Source: Eledone cirrhosa
Lineage: Eukaryota
Assembly (NCBI GenBank): GCA_964016885.1
Contig: OZ024743.1
Coordinates: 222,766,001-222,830,000, forward strand
Length of the DNA: 64,000 bases
Direction: 5' to 3'
The first letter of the stretch is position 1. The number at the start of each line of letters is the position of its first letter. The position numbers and the translations under genes are program-made. Shown here in pieces: positions 1 to 12,026 of the stretch. Under the pieces are notes generated by a model. It made no database searches, was not told where the DNA came from, and worked only from the letters and a program-made list of their open reading frames with translations.

Positions 1-77
1 CAGACACGCCTCCTGTGAAATCTTCCAGAGCTTCAGCAAGTTCTCCACCATCAAGAACTTCATAATTTCCAAACAAC
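1..77 (-). CDS. CAPN5: Calpain-5-like coding exon 4, cut by window edge ((K)LFGNYEVLDGGELAEALEDFTGGVS)
   Basis: Acceptor tttttaAG at 79-78; first G completes the split AAG codon; motif L.G.Y..L.GG...EAL.DFTGG. Confidence 0.9.
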
Positions 78-176
78 CTTAAAAATAAATCAAAATAAAA
101 TTAAATTAAAAAAATAGCATCCAGTCCACATTGTATAGTTGTTGTGTAGGTGTCACAACAAAATATATATTAATGA

Positions 177-660
177 GGCTGTGTGGTTAAGAAGTGTGTT
201 TCACAACCACAAGATTTCGGGGTCACCCACACTGTAGCACCTTGGGAAAGTGCCTGCTTCTACAACCTTGGGTTGGCAAATGTCTCGTGTCCACTCCAGT
301 GCAGTCTTCTCCCATTTTATTCTTCTTATACCCAGTTTCTCTCTCAGCTCATTCACGCTTTACTGTGCATGCACATTATATCATAAATCACTCGAAGCAT
401 GTTCGCTTCCTTTTTCTCTAGCCTTCACATATCCTCTGTCCTTTCACATATCCCCTGTCCCTGTTTCACTTCCATGCCACATCACACTTCATATGCAAAC
501 ATCATACAGCTGACCTTTCATTTGTAGAAATAAGCCTTTTGTTGTCAACCTTTCATTGTCAAAGACTTGAAAAAAAGAGTACTGTGAGTGATATGATTAA
601 CTAAATCAAAACAGTGACACTGTATGGCCACAGTCTGATGACTAAAAACAGTAAAAAGAA
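177..660 (+). mobile_element. Degraded tRNA-derived SINE with CR1-like LINE-type tail
   Basis: Head ggctgtgtggttaagaag also at 22532 and 34111; tail tatggccacagtctgatgactaaaaacagtaaaaag resembles 34590-34625 and 54760-54806. Confidence 0.55.
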
Positions 661-938
661 AATACTGAAAGAGGTGGGATCCACATGAAAACATATCTAA
701 AGTAAATCAACTAAAAAGTACTTATTCTTTGGGATATGTTCTCTATAAAGTATCTAGTTTAGAATAGGTACAGTTTCCCTGCGTCCTGTAGGAGGCAACT
801 AAAAGGGTTGATATTATTAAGCTGGCGTTTGGAACATAGAGGTTCTTACATAAAATTATGATAGAAAGTTTTTAGTTAAAATGCCTAGTATCATAAAACA
901 AGGAATAGTTACAGACAGTTTGATATTAAAAGGTTTAA

Positions 939-1163
939 CCCTTTCATGTCTGCGTTTCTAATGAAATATACTATTTTAATTAATGAAGAATTTTGAGGAA
1001 TTTACTAAAATTATTAATTATTTCATTACTAGGTAGTAACTTAATGTAAGGTTCTTATATAAAATTATGTTGGAAGATTTTAATTTAAATTGGAAACTTT
1101 TAAAATGGGCGATTTTATTTCACAAAACCAGAGCCTGTTTTGGTCAGTTTGATATCCAAAGGG
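939..1163. mobile_element. piggyBac-like MITE, family 2
   Basis: TTAA|CCCTTT...AAAGGG|TTAA; related copy ~18503-18708 and degraded pieces near 2064-2250, 14090, 31410-31960, 33260-33500, 62140-62280. Confidence 0.55.
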
Positions 1164-1405
1164 TTAAAGAGTGTCACAAGTTGATGATGGAACATACACA
1201 TGTAGACTGCATGCTTTGTTGTGTCACTAACATGGCCACTATACATATATATGCACACACATTTTTACATCCATTTTTCCACACTTGCATGGGTTGGACA
1301 TATACATACACACACACACACATATATATACACACGCACACAAATACATGACTTATGGTTTAGAGAATATACCAAATATTACTTGATTCTGTCCATAAAA
1401 CAATG

Positions 1406-1464
1406 TATAATAATAATAATGAAATTATTGTGTACAGTGCTCAGGTGCACTACAACTCATCAAA
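1406..1464 (-). mobile_element. 3' terminus of CR1-like LINE with (ATT)n tail
   Basis: Reverse complement nearly identical to 16408-16461 (gatgagctgtagtgcacctgagcactgtacacaat...cattattattat). Confidence 0.7.
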
Positions 1465-1767
1465 CTCGCACTATAGTGCGCATCAAACTCGCACTATAGT
1501 GCGCATCAAACTCGCACTATAGTGCGCATCAAACTCGCACTATAGTGCGCATCAAACTCGCACTATAGTGCGCATCAAACTCACACTATAGTGCGCATCA
1601 AACTCGCACTATAGTGCGCATCAAACTCGCACTATAGTGCGCATCAAACTCGCACTATAGTGCGCATCAAACTCGCACTATAGTGCGCATCAAACTTGCA
1701 CTATAGTGCGCATCAAACTTGCACTATAGCGCGCATCAAACTTGCACTATAGCGCGCATCAAACTTG
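1458..1767. repeat. 23-bp minisatellite, 13.5 copies, each with the 14-bp palindrome CGCACTATAGTGCG
   Basis: Unit CATCAAACTCGCACTATAGTGCG, period 23 from 1458 to 1757. Confidence 0.97.
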
Positions 1768-1824
1768 TACAAAATTTGGCTGAGTTGAATTAAAAACAAT
1801 TCAGATTATAGCAGAAAAAATTAC

Positions 1825-2033
1825 TTTGCATAAGCTTTTTCAAGAAGAGCACTCCAAAATTCATTTCTTTCCTTGGAATGAATAAAAAGAAGTTGACCAT
1901 TCCGAGTGGGTAGTTGGTCATCAATTACAACGTCAAGCCATTCACCATAACGCCAAAAGCGAAAATGAAAAATTCCAGCGTAATCTTCAGGTTTTTCAGC
2001 ATTCCAGTCTTGGATTTCGTGATCAGGAATTAC
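1825..2033 (-). CDS. CAPN5: Calpain-5-like coding exon 3 ([10 protein letters not shown]...[14 protein letters not shown])
   Basis: CysPc motifs [31 protein letters not shown]. Acceptor ctctccAG, donor AA|GTAATT; 209 nt, ends in phase 2. Confidence 0.93.
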
Positions 2034-2439
2034 CTGGAGAGAGACAAAGACTTTTGTAATATATTTTAAACCTTTCATTACCATATTTCCAAAGAAAGAC
2101 ACAGCCAATGTCATTAAACCTTTCATTACCATTTTTCCAAAGAAAGACACTGCCTTTGTCATTAACCTTTTCCAAAGACATTGCTGATGGTTTTCAAATA
2201 ATTAATAATTTGGTAATATAACTAAGTTTCCTTTTATCAAGCTGATGTTTGGAGTAAAACGTTTAGGACATGCAGAAGTAAAGAGAGATGCAGGCAAAGG
2301 AGGTTGTATTAGATGGAGTGTCGATGGGGAAAGGCAGTAAGTGGGGAGAGGGGTAGATGAGAGGATGTAGACAGGAGGGAATAGATGAGGGTAGATGGAG
2401 AGGGGGAGCAAGCAGGAATTTGAGGGTGGAAAAATAGAA

Positions 2440-2640
2440 AAGGAAAGGAGCCAGTTGTCAGTTCGGACCAAGGAAAGAATGTTTCCATTAGTCTTTCCAT
2501 CGCTGATACTATCTGCCAGTCATAACTCCTGGCAGAAGAAAGGAATTGATTGTCAGATCAGACCAAGGAAACAAATGTTTCCATTGGTCTTTACATTGCT
2601 GATACCATCTGTTGGTTGCAACTCTTGGGAGGAGGCTGGA
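2440..2640. repeat. ~95-bp tandem repeat, 2 copies, with internal hairpin
   Basis: gaccaaggaaa..atgtttccattggtctt..cattgctgatac repeated; same unit at 6270-6590. Confidence 0.75.
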
Positions 2641-2907
2641 TTAGATACTGCAAGGCATCCCATCCAACTCTTTAACAATTCCACCAATCCACTTCTCCCT
2701 GGACTGGAATTTTATTAATTGACCCCTCAAAAGGAGGAATAGCAAAATTGACCCCCAGCAAGATTTGAATTCAGACCAGATTGAATCTGAACAAATACCA
2801 TGTCCTTTACTCTGATGTCCCATGACTCTGGCAATTCACAACTAGACAGCGCATTTCCTTACAATGGATGAAAAATAAACAAAAATAAAAAGTAAAAATA
2901 CACTTAC

Positions 2908-3039
2908 CCTATTCCAGACCTCTTTATGGTTTGCTAGACATGACATTGAAGCCACAAACCAGCAGTTACCAACTATACCTTGGGTAACATCACCACTGTG
3001 AGCCCCTTCAACAAACAACTTTGGTGCGTCACATAAGTC
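2908..3039 (-). CDS. CAPN5: Calpain-5-like coding exon 2 with catalytic Cys (DLCDAPKLFVEGAHSGDVTQGIVGNCWFVASMSCLANHKEVWNR)
   Basis: Hand translation (absent from ORF track). Acceptor ttttgtAG, donor AGG|GTAAGT, 132 nt in frame with neighbours. GNCWFVA matches calpain-5/TRA-3 rather than classical GDCW. Confidence 0.93.
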
Positions 3040-3637
3040 CTACAAAATATTACAAAATGTTTCAATAAAAGAAGTAAAACAACTATTTTATAGCCATTTT
3101 TCCTACCATAACAAGTTTCTACATTTTGCCTTATCTGTATCCTCTCTCACCACCTCCCTGGCTTTCATTTCCTCATCCATCCTCTCTAGCTAAGTCTTTT
3201 TTTTATCTTGCTCTTCCTCTACTTCCTTCCACATTCATTGTTCCTCTTAATTTAATAGGAGTTTATAACAAGGCAGTAAATTAGCAGTTGTTAGAGAAAG
3301 ATTAACTTATCTTTTTTTTAGGTTTTAGTACATGTTGAAAGTGTAATTTTATTTTTATAAAACATAAGATTAGATAGAAGTTCATACATATAATCAATTA
3401 ATTATTGCTAGGACCCTTATAAATATGATGCACAAAAATATACAATCAAAGCCCCTACACACACAAAAAAAAAAGAAAAACAAAACCTAATTCAACATTA
3501 AGTGCAACTATTGATCACACACCAGAAGAGTCATTGGAAATTTAAAAGAAAAATTACAAGTCTTTAAAAAATTACTAAGATATAGTCAAGGATTTACCAA
3601 CAATAAACAAGATCTCCCAGAAGAACAAAGGTCTTAC

Positions 3638-3844
3638 CTTAGGTCTCTTCCATTCTAGTGTTCCAATCCTGGATACCTTGTCTGGAGTGAAAAATACTGA
3701 AGTATTTACAGTAGGAAACTCTGGGTCTACAAACAAGGTACCTTTGCCGATACATTCCTGTTTCAATTTGTCATAGTCCTGGTTCTTGTACAGTTTAATC
3801 GATGAACCAAACAACGTCTTCGGTAGGTTAATCAGGTTAGGCAT
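3638..3844 (-). CDS. CAPN5: Calpain-5/TRA-3-like protease, first coding exon (MPNLINLPK...EWKRPK)
   Basis: Calpain N-terminal motifs NQDY..LK..C, LFVDPEFP, WKRP. Acceptor ttttcAG at 3853-3852, then caccaaaATG; donor AAG|GTAAGA at 3637; 207 nt, phase 0. Confidence 0.9.
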
Positions 3845-4716
3845 TTTGGTGCTGAAAATATAATATAATTCACATTGAACATTTAGTTGACTTAAGATAC
3901 ATAGGAAAAATTTGAAATGCAGTCACTCCAGCAAAAACTACTATAATGAATTCTAATTTAAGAGAAGTTGATTCACTTGACTGATACTTTATTTTATCAA
4001 TGCCTGAAAGGAAGAAAGGCAAAATTGACCTCGACAGGATTTCAGCTCAAAGAGCAAAGAACCATAATGTGAAGGACTAAAATAATAGCCATTTATACTG
4101 GGACAAATACATTTCAAATTTCATAATTCACATTCTTAATAGTTAAACAGAATTCAAGTAGAAAATCTAAATACAAAAAATATAAAAGGTAAGTATTTTC
4201 TTCTTCCAGTCACTTTCATGCACCTACACACTTCTCTTTATCCTCCCCCTTTTTCAATCTTTTCTATATTTCATCTGTCTGTCACCCACCTTGTGGATTG
4301 TCTCTTTGTTGACCACAGACCACTAGTCTGACCTCTGAGGTATTTTTGCCCATTGCTGTCTTTGACAGCATTTGGCTATTTTAACGGTTGTTCTAGCGAT
4401 GAGTTTTCTCATTTTTATAGGTATTCAAATGCACTCTCACTTCGTCTCGATCAGAGACAGCTTTGTTTTTTTCATTTAAATATAAATGTATTTTGTTTTA
4501 GGAACATAACCCAATAAATCCAGACACTGACATGGTCATGTAGTTTATGAAAAATAAATTGGTTTCAGTCAGACTGGACATTCACTGCCCTAGAGAGTAA
4601 AATATCAAAGATAAAAGGTAGTGTGGTGGACAAAATACCTTGTGGTATATGATTAGGTCCCTCTATATTCTGAATTTATTTTTTTCAAGTTCTGTTTACC
4701 AACCTTGAAATATGTA

Positions 4717-4925
4717 TTGTACATACTCGAATATAAGCCAAGGAATATGTTACCAAACAATCGATGGTAAAATAATGGGGGGGGGGGGAGTCGGCTTATA
4801 TACGCCATCTAAACAATGTGTTGATTAGCAGCTGCCTCAGCTCATTAATGGGGGTTTGGATTTTTTATCATTTCTCAGGCATAAAATGGGTGAGACGGTG
4901 TCGGCTTATATTTGAGTATATACTG
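4717..4925. mobile_element. Tc/mariner-superfamily (Tc2/pogo-like) MITE
   Basis: Imperfect TIRs gtacatactcgaatataagcc / ggcttatatttgagtatatac with TA flanks. Confidence 0.6.
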
Positions 4926-4941
4926 TAAGTAACTGTTTTAA

Positions 4942-5160
4942 CCCTTTAGCATTTAAACCAGCTGTATCTGATCTGGCCAGAATTCCCTCACCTCTTTCTG
5001 TTCAAACCAGCTGTAATCAGCCACTCATACTGATGTTTGCATATTGTCCTCAAAATAAATAAAATCTTATAGATTCAATATTATGTGAGATAATTATGTG
5101 AGGTAAAGCATTTACCATGAAAATATAATAGTAAATATAGAGTAATGTAAAGGCTAAAGG
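4942..5160. mobile_element. piggyBac-like MITE, family 1
   Basis: TTAA|CCCTTTAGCATTTA...GCTAAAGG|TTAA; one of 5 copies. Confidence 0.85.
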
Positions 5161-5947
5161 TTAAAAATGGAATGACCCATTAGACACTTTAGTCCTAGTC
5201 ATATAAAAAGATAGGATGCCTTTGATCATAGGTCTGTTCAATGAAGACTGACTTAGGTAGAGGAGACTAAACAACAACATGACTGGCCATTGGTTTGCTT
5301 CTCAGAGACAACTTCGGCAGAATGTTTTATGGAAGACCAGCAGTTGCCCATGCATGCTAGTCTGCCCTCTCTATGATACAGATGTTTTCTAAGGGAAAGG
5401 CACTGTCATCAACTCATTTTTTCCAGCCAAGTAGACTGGAAGAATGGAAAATCAAGTGTCTTGTTCAAGGACACAATATGCTACCCAGTCCATGAATCAA
5501 ACTCATATCCTTATGATCTTCAGTCCAGCACCCTAACCACTAAACCCCATGCCTTCACAAACAACAACAACCATATATTTTATAAAACAATCAAATCAAC
5601 TTTATTATAAGCTTACACACAAGGTTTTCAATACCTTACAGACAAGCTGTGACATGAACATACAACCCAGTTCTCTAACAGCTAAGTTAACATGCCCCAC
5701 TAAACACCAAGTTATTATTCAGAGAAATTGTTTAGCTGTGAGAGAGAGCGGGGGTGGGGGGGGGGTATACTTAGCAATGTAAGTAAGTCTATATTCTGAT
5801 AACTTTTCTACCTTGTCATATTTTTTACCAGATATAACTAATGTTGGTTCCGTCACATTGTCACATGAATATTCTCTGGTATAAAAGGTTTTTTTCACAT
5901 CTAATTTCAATTAAGTTTTTAACAGAACAATGAAATCCAGATATTTT

Positions 5948-6110
5948 GAGAGAAAGAGAAAGAAAAAAAATAGAAAGAAAAGAAAAAGAAAAAAAGAAAA
6001 GAAAAAAGAAAAAAGAAAAAAGAAAAAGAAAAAAAGAAAAAAAGAAGAAAAGAAAGAAAAGAAAGAAAAGAAAGAAAAGAAAGAAAAGAAAGAATAAGAA
6101 AAAAGAAAGA
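5948..6110. repeat. Polypurine (GAAA/GAAAA)n tract
   Basis: Direct inspection. Confidence 0.95.
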
Positions 6111-6269
6111 CAAAGAGAACATCAAAATCAACAAGTTAAACTGAAACACAGGAGAAGATATCAAAGTTTTAAATATCAGTTTTACCTCATTTCTTTTCTA
6201 AATGATTCACTCAGTCATGTTGGCAAAAACATTAATATTAAAAATGAACGGAAAAAGAATAAAGCTGAC

Positions 6270-6590
6270 TCTTAGATCAGACCAAGGAAATAATATTTCC
6301 ATTCGTCTTTCCATTGCTGATACTATCAGTCAGTCACAACAACAGAAGAAAGAAGTTGATTATCAGACCAGACTAAAAAAAACAATGTTTCCATTGTTGA
6401 AACTATCAGTCAGTCACAACTCCTGGTAGAAGAAAGGAGCTGATCATCAGATCAGACCAAGAAAACAATGTTTCCATTGATCTTTCCATTGTTGATATTA
6501 TCAGTGGATCAGACCAAGGAAACAATATTTCCATTGGTCTTTCCATTGCTAATACTATAAGCCAGTCACAACTCCTGACAGAAGGGGAGA
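6270..6590. repeat. ~95-bp tandem repeat, 3-4 diverged copies
   Basis: agatcagaccaaggaaacaatgtttccatt...atcagtcagtcacaactcctg repeated; homologous to 2440-2640. Confidence 0.75.
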
Positions 6591-6879
6591 GAATACATAC
6601 AACTAGACCAGATACTACAAAGCATGTTATCTAACTTTTTAACAATTTTGTCCCCCTACAATATACCACAAGACCTTCTGTCCCTCTACAATATACCACA
6701 AGATATAAGTTGTACCATACAAGGTCAATATTGTAAGCGAATGAATAGAATCATGTCAGAAGTTAGAGATAAGACTGTGGTGCTGAGAGAGAGATTATTA
6801 CAGCTAGTGAGTTTTTCATAAGTTTTATTTCAATATAGCAACACCAATACACAGGCACACCAACTGTATAATATTGATT

Positions 6880-6913
6880 GTATATATAAATGTGCATATG
6901 TCTGTACATGCAT

Positions 6914-6948
<35 letters not shown>

Positions 6949-7324
6949 CATATGTCTGTACATACATACATATATATATTATAAAGAAAACGAAAAATCA
7001 GTGATGCATCTGGACTTAGTTTATTTCGTGTTACAAATGTTTCGCCAGCATGTAGCTAAAGACATGGTCCTGGCTGATTCTACTTCTGCGGGTTCTTTCA
7101 GACACGGGCGTTTCGTCCGGAGGAAATTTTATTACTGGGGTGTTATCAAAAAACACCCTCAAAAAACCCTATTTCCACTCCTATCATGCCATTGGTTGCT
7201 TTTACTCAACATCATCACAAGTTATATATATATATATATATATAGATATATATATATATATATATATACATATGTCTGTACATACATACACACACACACA
7301 TATATATATATATACATATGTCTG

Positions 7325-7365
<41 letters not shown>

Positions 7366-7457
7366 GTCTGTACATACACACACACATATATATACATATA
7401 TATACATATGTCTGTACATACATACACACATATATATATATATATACATTATATATA
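6880..7457. repeat. TA/CA compound minisatellite (CATATGTCTGTACATAC core) interrupted by an insert at ~6985-7222
   Basis: Same core recurs at 9238-9452 and 11582-12026. Confidence 0.9.
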
Positions 7458-9235
7458 TCATCATCATCAACGTTTAACATCCGTGTTCCACGCTTGCATG
7501 GGTTTGGACGGGGGTATTCCCACTTGAGGCAAGAGTGATTGTCTTGCTCGCATAGGACTGTCTGGCAGGTTTTCTACAGCTGGATGCCCTTCCTAACACC
7601 AACCACATTTACAGTGTGGGACTGGGAGGTTTTTACCGTGTTGCCTACACGGCCACATTACAGCGTAGACTGTGTGTTTTTTTGTCGTGACACCTACACG
7701 ATCTCATTTGTTTCGGCCTGGATGTTGTGGCACCAACATAACTTTACATAGGAGGGGGTGGTGTGGATGGGGTGTGGGTGGTGGGACGGGGGTGTATTTT
7801 GTTAGAGATGCCTACTGGCTGTAGTAGGTTTTACTATGTATTTAGGTAAGGCGGGTCTTCTCTATTACTGAGTACCGCCAAAGGTCTCGGTCCAGTGACA
7901 TTGTCTTGGAGAGGTGTAAGCGTGTGAGGTCGGAGTTTATCAGCTCGTCCCAGGATTTTCTAGGTCTGCCTTTTCCGTGGCTACCGTCTATCTTTATTGC
8001 CCTGCACTTTGTTATACAGCTATCGACTTTCATGCGCATCACGTGTCCGTACCAACGTAGCCTTCTCTCGAGTAAACAACATCTGATCCCTCTTATTTCT
8101 AATTTTTTCCTTAGTTCGTTTATGCTTTGCCGTTCATGTATATTACTATTACACATCCAGCGGAGCATGCAAGCTTCGTTCCTCTCTAGTCTGCGTATAT
8201 CCTCTGCGCACAATGCCCAGGTCTCACTGCCATGCAACATTGCTGTTCGTATGCAGGCATCATACAACCTGCCTTTCATTTTTAGGGAGAACCCTTTAGC
8301 GGCTAATAGTGGTATAAGCTCTCTGAACTTTTTCCATCCAGTTCTGACTCTAGCTACTGTACTTTCGGAGCACCCTCCCCCACTGCTGATTTTGTCACCC
8401 AGGTAACGGAAGCTGTCCACTATTTCTATAGAGCCCTCTGCGCAATTGAAAGAGTTAGTATTTTGTGGGCACTCGCTGCTACTTATTGCACCAGAGCACC
8501 GCCCACATGTAAAATCTAAGTTCTTAGCTTACCTGTGATCCCACTACATCTTTTATGCACCCATACTTTGCATTTGGGACATAAAATGGAGTTTCTACCT
8601 ACGCCTTTCCTACACACTGAGCATGGCCATTTCCCGGAAGGGACCGCCGCCTTATTTTCTTTCCTACAAACTAGAACTTTAGTCTTAACCAGGTTAATTT
8701 TAAGGCCTTTTGATTCTAGGCCGTGCTTCCATGTTTGGAATTTCTTCTCTAGCTCGGCCATTGATTCAGCTATGAGTGTCAGGTCGTCTGCGTATAGGAG
8801 TTCCCATGGGCAGCCGGTCTTTAACTCCTCTGTTATAGCCTGAAGGGCAATAATAAATAGTAGGGGGCTGAGAACAGAGCCCTGGTGGACGCCAACTTTT
8901 ACGCTAAACTCTTCACTATATTCGTTGTTAATTCTAACCTTGCTGACTGTTTCTTTATACATGGCTTGTATAGCTTTCACAAGCCATTCGTTGAGACCTA
9001 GTTTTCTAAGGGCCCACCAGATAATGGAACGGGGGACTCTGTCGAAGGCTTTCTCCAAGTCGACAAAAGCTAAGTAGAGGGGTTTACCTTTAGCTAGGTA
9101 CTTCTCCTGTAGTTGACGTACAATGAAAAGAGCGTCTGTAGTACTTTTGCCTGACACAAACACGAACTGCATTTCATCTAGGTCAATTCTCTCTCTGATT
9201 AGTTGCGCTATTACTTTTTCAGTGACCTTCATGAC

Positions 9236-9237
<2 letters not shown>
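7458..9237 (-). mobile_element. RTE-clade LINE subfamily A, 5'-truncated, frameshifted
   Basis: ORFs 8516-9232 and 7842-8420 encode RT (AFVDLEKAFD, GVHQGSVLSP, YADD) and C-terminus; 4-bp deletion near 8525 relative to the 55-59 kb copy; (GAT)n tail. Confidence 0.95.
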
Positions 9238-9273
<36 letters not shown>

Positions 9274-9277
9274 GTCT

Positions 9278-9314
<37 letters not shown>

Positions 9315-9325
9315 TATGTCTACAT

Positions 9326-9412
<87 letters not shown>

Positions 9413-9452
9413 TGTACATATATATATATATATACATATGTATATATATATA

Positions 9453-11581
9453 TGATGTCATTGGAGAGAAGTGATGTCATTGGAGAGAAGTGTATCCAGA
9501 ATGATAAAGGTGAGCTTGCCCTCACAAGTGCTGAGAAGAAAGATGCATGGAAGAGTCATTATGATAGATTACTAAATGGGGAGAATGCATGGGAAGAAGA
9601 GACCCTACCCCAAGTAGACCCTATAGAGGGACCAGCAGCACAAGTCAGCGGCAGCGTAGTAAGTAAGGCAATCAGAGATATGAAGATGGGGAAGGCAACC
9701 GGTCCATCAGGTATAGCTGCCGAGATGCTGAAGGCATCTGGGTCTGTAGGTCACACTATAACCACACGTATCATTAACCAGGTAATACTAGAAGGGGCCA
9801 TATCAAAAGATTGGTGCAGTAGCATCATTGTCAACTGCTACAAAGGTAAAGGCGATGCACTAGATAGAGGAAACTATAGAGGTATAAAGTTGATGGACCA
9901 GGTCATGAAAGTAACAGAAAGAGTTATAGCACAGCTGATTAGGGACCGGGGGGAAAATAGACGAGATGCAATTTGGGTTTGTACCAGGAAGAGGCACCAC
10001 TGATGCCCTCTTCCTTGTGAGGCAATTACAGGAAAAGTACCTAGCTAAAAGTAAGCCACTCTACTTGGCATTTGTCGACCTTGAGAAAGCCTTTGACAGA
10101 GTTCCACGTGCTGTATGTAATCTGGTGGGCTCTTAGAAAACTAGGAGTAGATGAATGGCTTGTGAAAGCGGTACAAGCCATGTATAGGGGAGCAGTCAGC
10201 AAAGTTAGGATTAGCAATGAGTATAGCGAGGAATTTAGCGTACAGGTTGGGGTCCACCAGGGCTCTGTTCTTAGCCCTCTCCTGTTCATCATAGTCCTGC
10301 AGGCAATAACGGAGGAGTTTAAGACCGGATGCCCATGGGAACTCCTGTATGCTGATGACCTCGCACTCATAGCTGAATCTATGGTAGAACTAGAGAATAA
10401 ATTCCAAACCTGGAAGCAGGGACTAGAATGAAAGGGTCTCAAAGTCAACATGACAAAGACTAAGGTCCTTGTAAGTAGACGAGAAAACAGAACCCCTCAG
10501 GGAAATGGCCATGCTCAGTATGTAGGAAAGGTGTAGGTAGGAACTCCATTCTCTGCCCCAAATGCAAACAATGGGTACACAAGAGATGTAGCGGGATCTC
10601 AGGAAGCTTAATTAAGAATGTAGGATTCACATGCAGCAGCTGTGCTGAAACAGCAAGCAAACAGCCACAGGAAACAAGTACCACCAATCTCTGGGAGGGC
10701 CCTGTAGAAACAGTTGACAGCTTCTGCTACCTAGGTGACCGAATTAGCAACGGAGGTGGGTGTTCAGAAAGTACAATAACTAGGGTAAGAACGGGATGGA
10801 AGAAGTTTAGGGAACTACTACCACTGCTAGCTGCAAAAGGCTTCTCCCTCAGAATGAAAGGCAGACTGTATGATGCGTGTATCCGAACAGCGATGTTGCA
10901 TGGTAGCGAGACCTGGGCGCTGAAGGTGGAAGACTTACGTAGATTAGAGAGAAACGAAGCCTGCATGCTCCGATGGATGTGTAACAATAATATACATGAA
11001 CGACAAAGCATAAATGAATTGAGAGAGAGACTGAGCATAAGAGGAATCAAATGCTGTGTGCAGGAGAGGCGGTTGCGCTGGTATGGACAATGATAGCTGC
11101 ATAAAAAGGTGCAGAGCACTAGAAGTTGATGGAAACCACGGAGTGGGGAGACCCAAGATGACCTGGGATGAGGTGATAAAAGCCGACCTTACCCAATTAC
11201 ACCTCTCAAAGACAATGACACACGACCATGACTTCTGGCGTCACGCAGTAATACAGAGTACCCGACCTCCCATGGGTACAAGCTGAAGCATATAGACAAT
11301 ATGCCCCCACCGCAAGGTGGTCGTGGAGGTGCCACGGAAAAAAAGCACCCAGCCCTCACTGTAAAGTGGACGTGTAGGCGCCATGGAAAAAAAGTACCCA
11401 GCACTCACTGTAAATGAGGTTGGTGTTAGGAAGGGCATCCAGCTGTAGAAATCAAGCCAAATCAGTTCCTGTATGAGCAAGGCATGGTCAGCCGACCAGA
11501 CACTGCCCACAACAGGACAACCCGTCTAACCCATGCTAGCATGGAAGAACGGACGTAAAACGGTGATGATGATGATGATGA
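9453..11581 (+). mobile_element. RTE-clade LINE subfamily B, 5'-truncated, disrupted
   Basis: RT fragments (NYRGIKL, GVHQGSVLSP, YADD) broken by frameshifts and a stop; distinct 3' UTR ending cggacgtaaaacggt(gat)n. Confidence 0.95.
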
Positions 11582-11659
11582 TATGTCTGTACATACACAC
11601 ACACACATATATATATATATACATATGTCTGTACATACATACACACACACACATATATG

Positions 11660-11692
<33 letters not shown>

Positions 11693-12026
11693 GTATATAT
11701 ATATGTCTGTACATACACACACACACACATTTATATATACATATATACATATGACTGTACATACATACACACACATTTATATATACATATACATATGATT
11801 GTACATACATACACACACACATTTATATATACATATATATATATATACATATGACTGTACATACATACACATATTTATATATACATATATATATACATAT
11901 GACTGTACATACATACACATTTATATATACATATATATATACATATGACTGTACATACACATATATATATGTATATACATATGTCTGTACATACATACAC
12001 ACATATATATATATATATACATATAT
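11582..12026. repeat. TA/CA compound minisatellite
   Basis: CATATG(T/A)CTGTACATAC units. Confidence 0.9.

Noticed and set aside
1458-1767. CRISPR-like palindromic repeat array
   Set aside because: No unique spacers, no cas genes, and it lies in a spliceosomal intron.
2034-2162. N-terminal extension of the track ORF 1821-2162
   Set aside because: Intronic; a ~48-bp duplicated MITE end upstream of the acceptor at 2035-2034.
5946-6275. Lys/Arg-rich protamine-like ORF
   Set aside because: Polypurine simple repeat.
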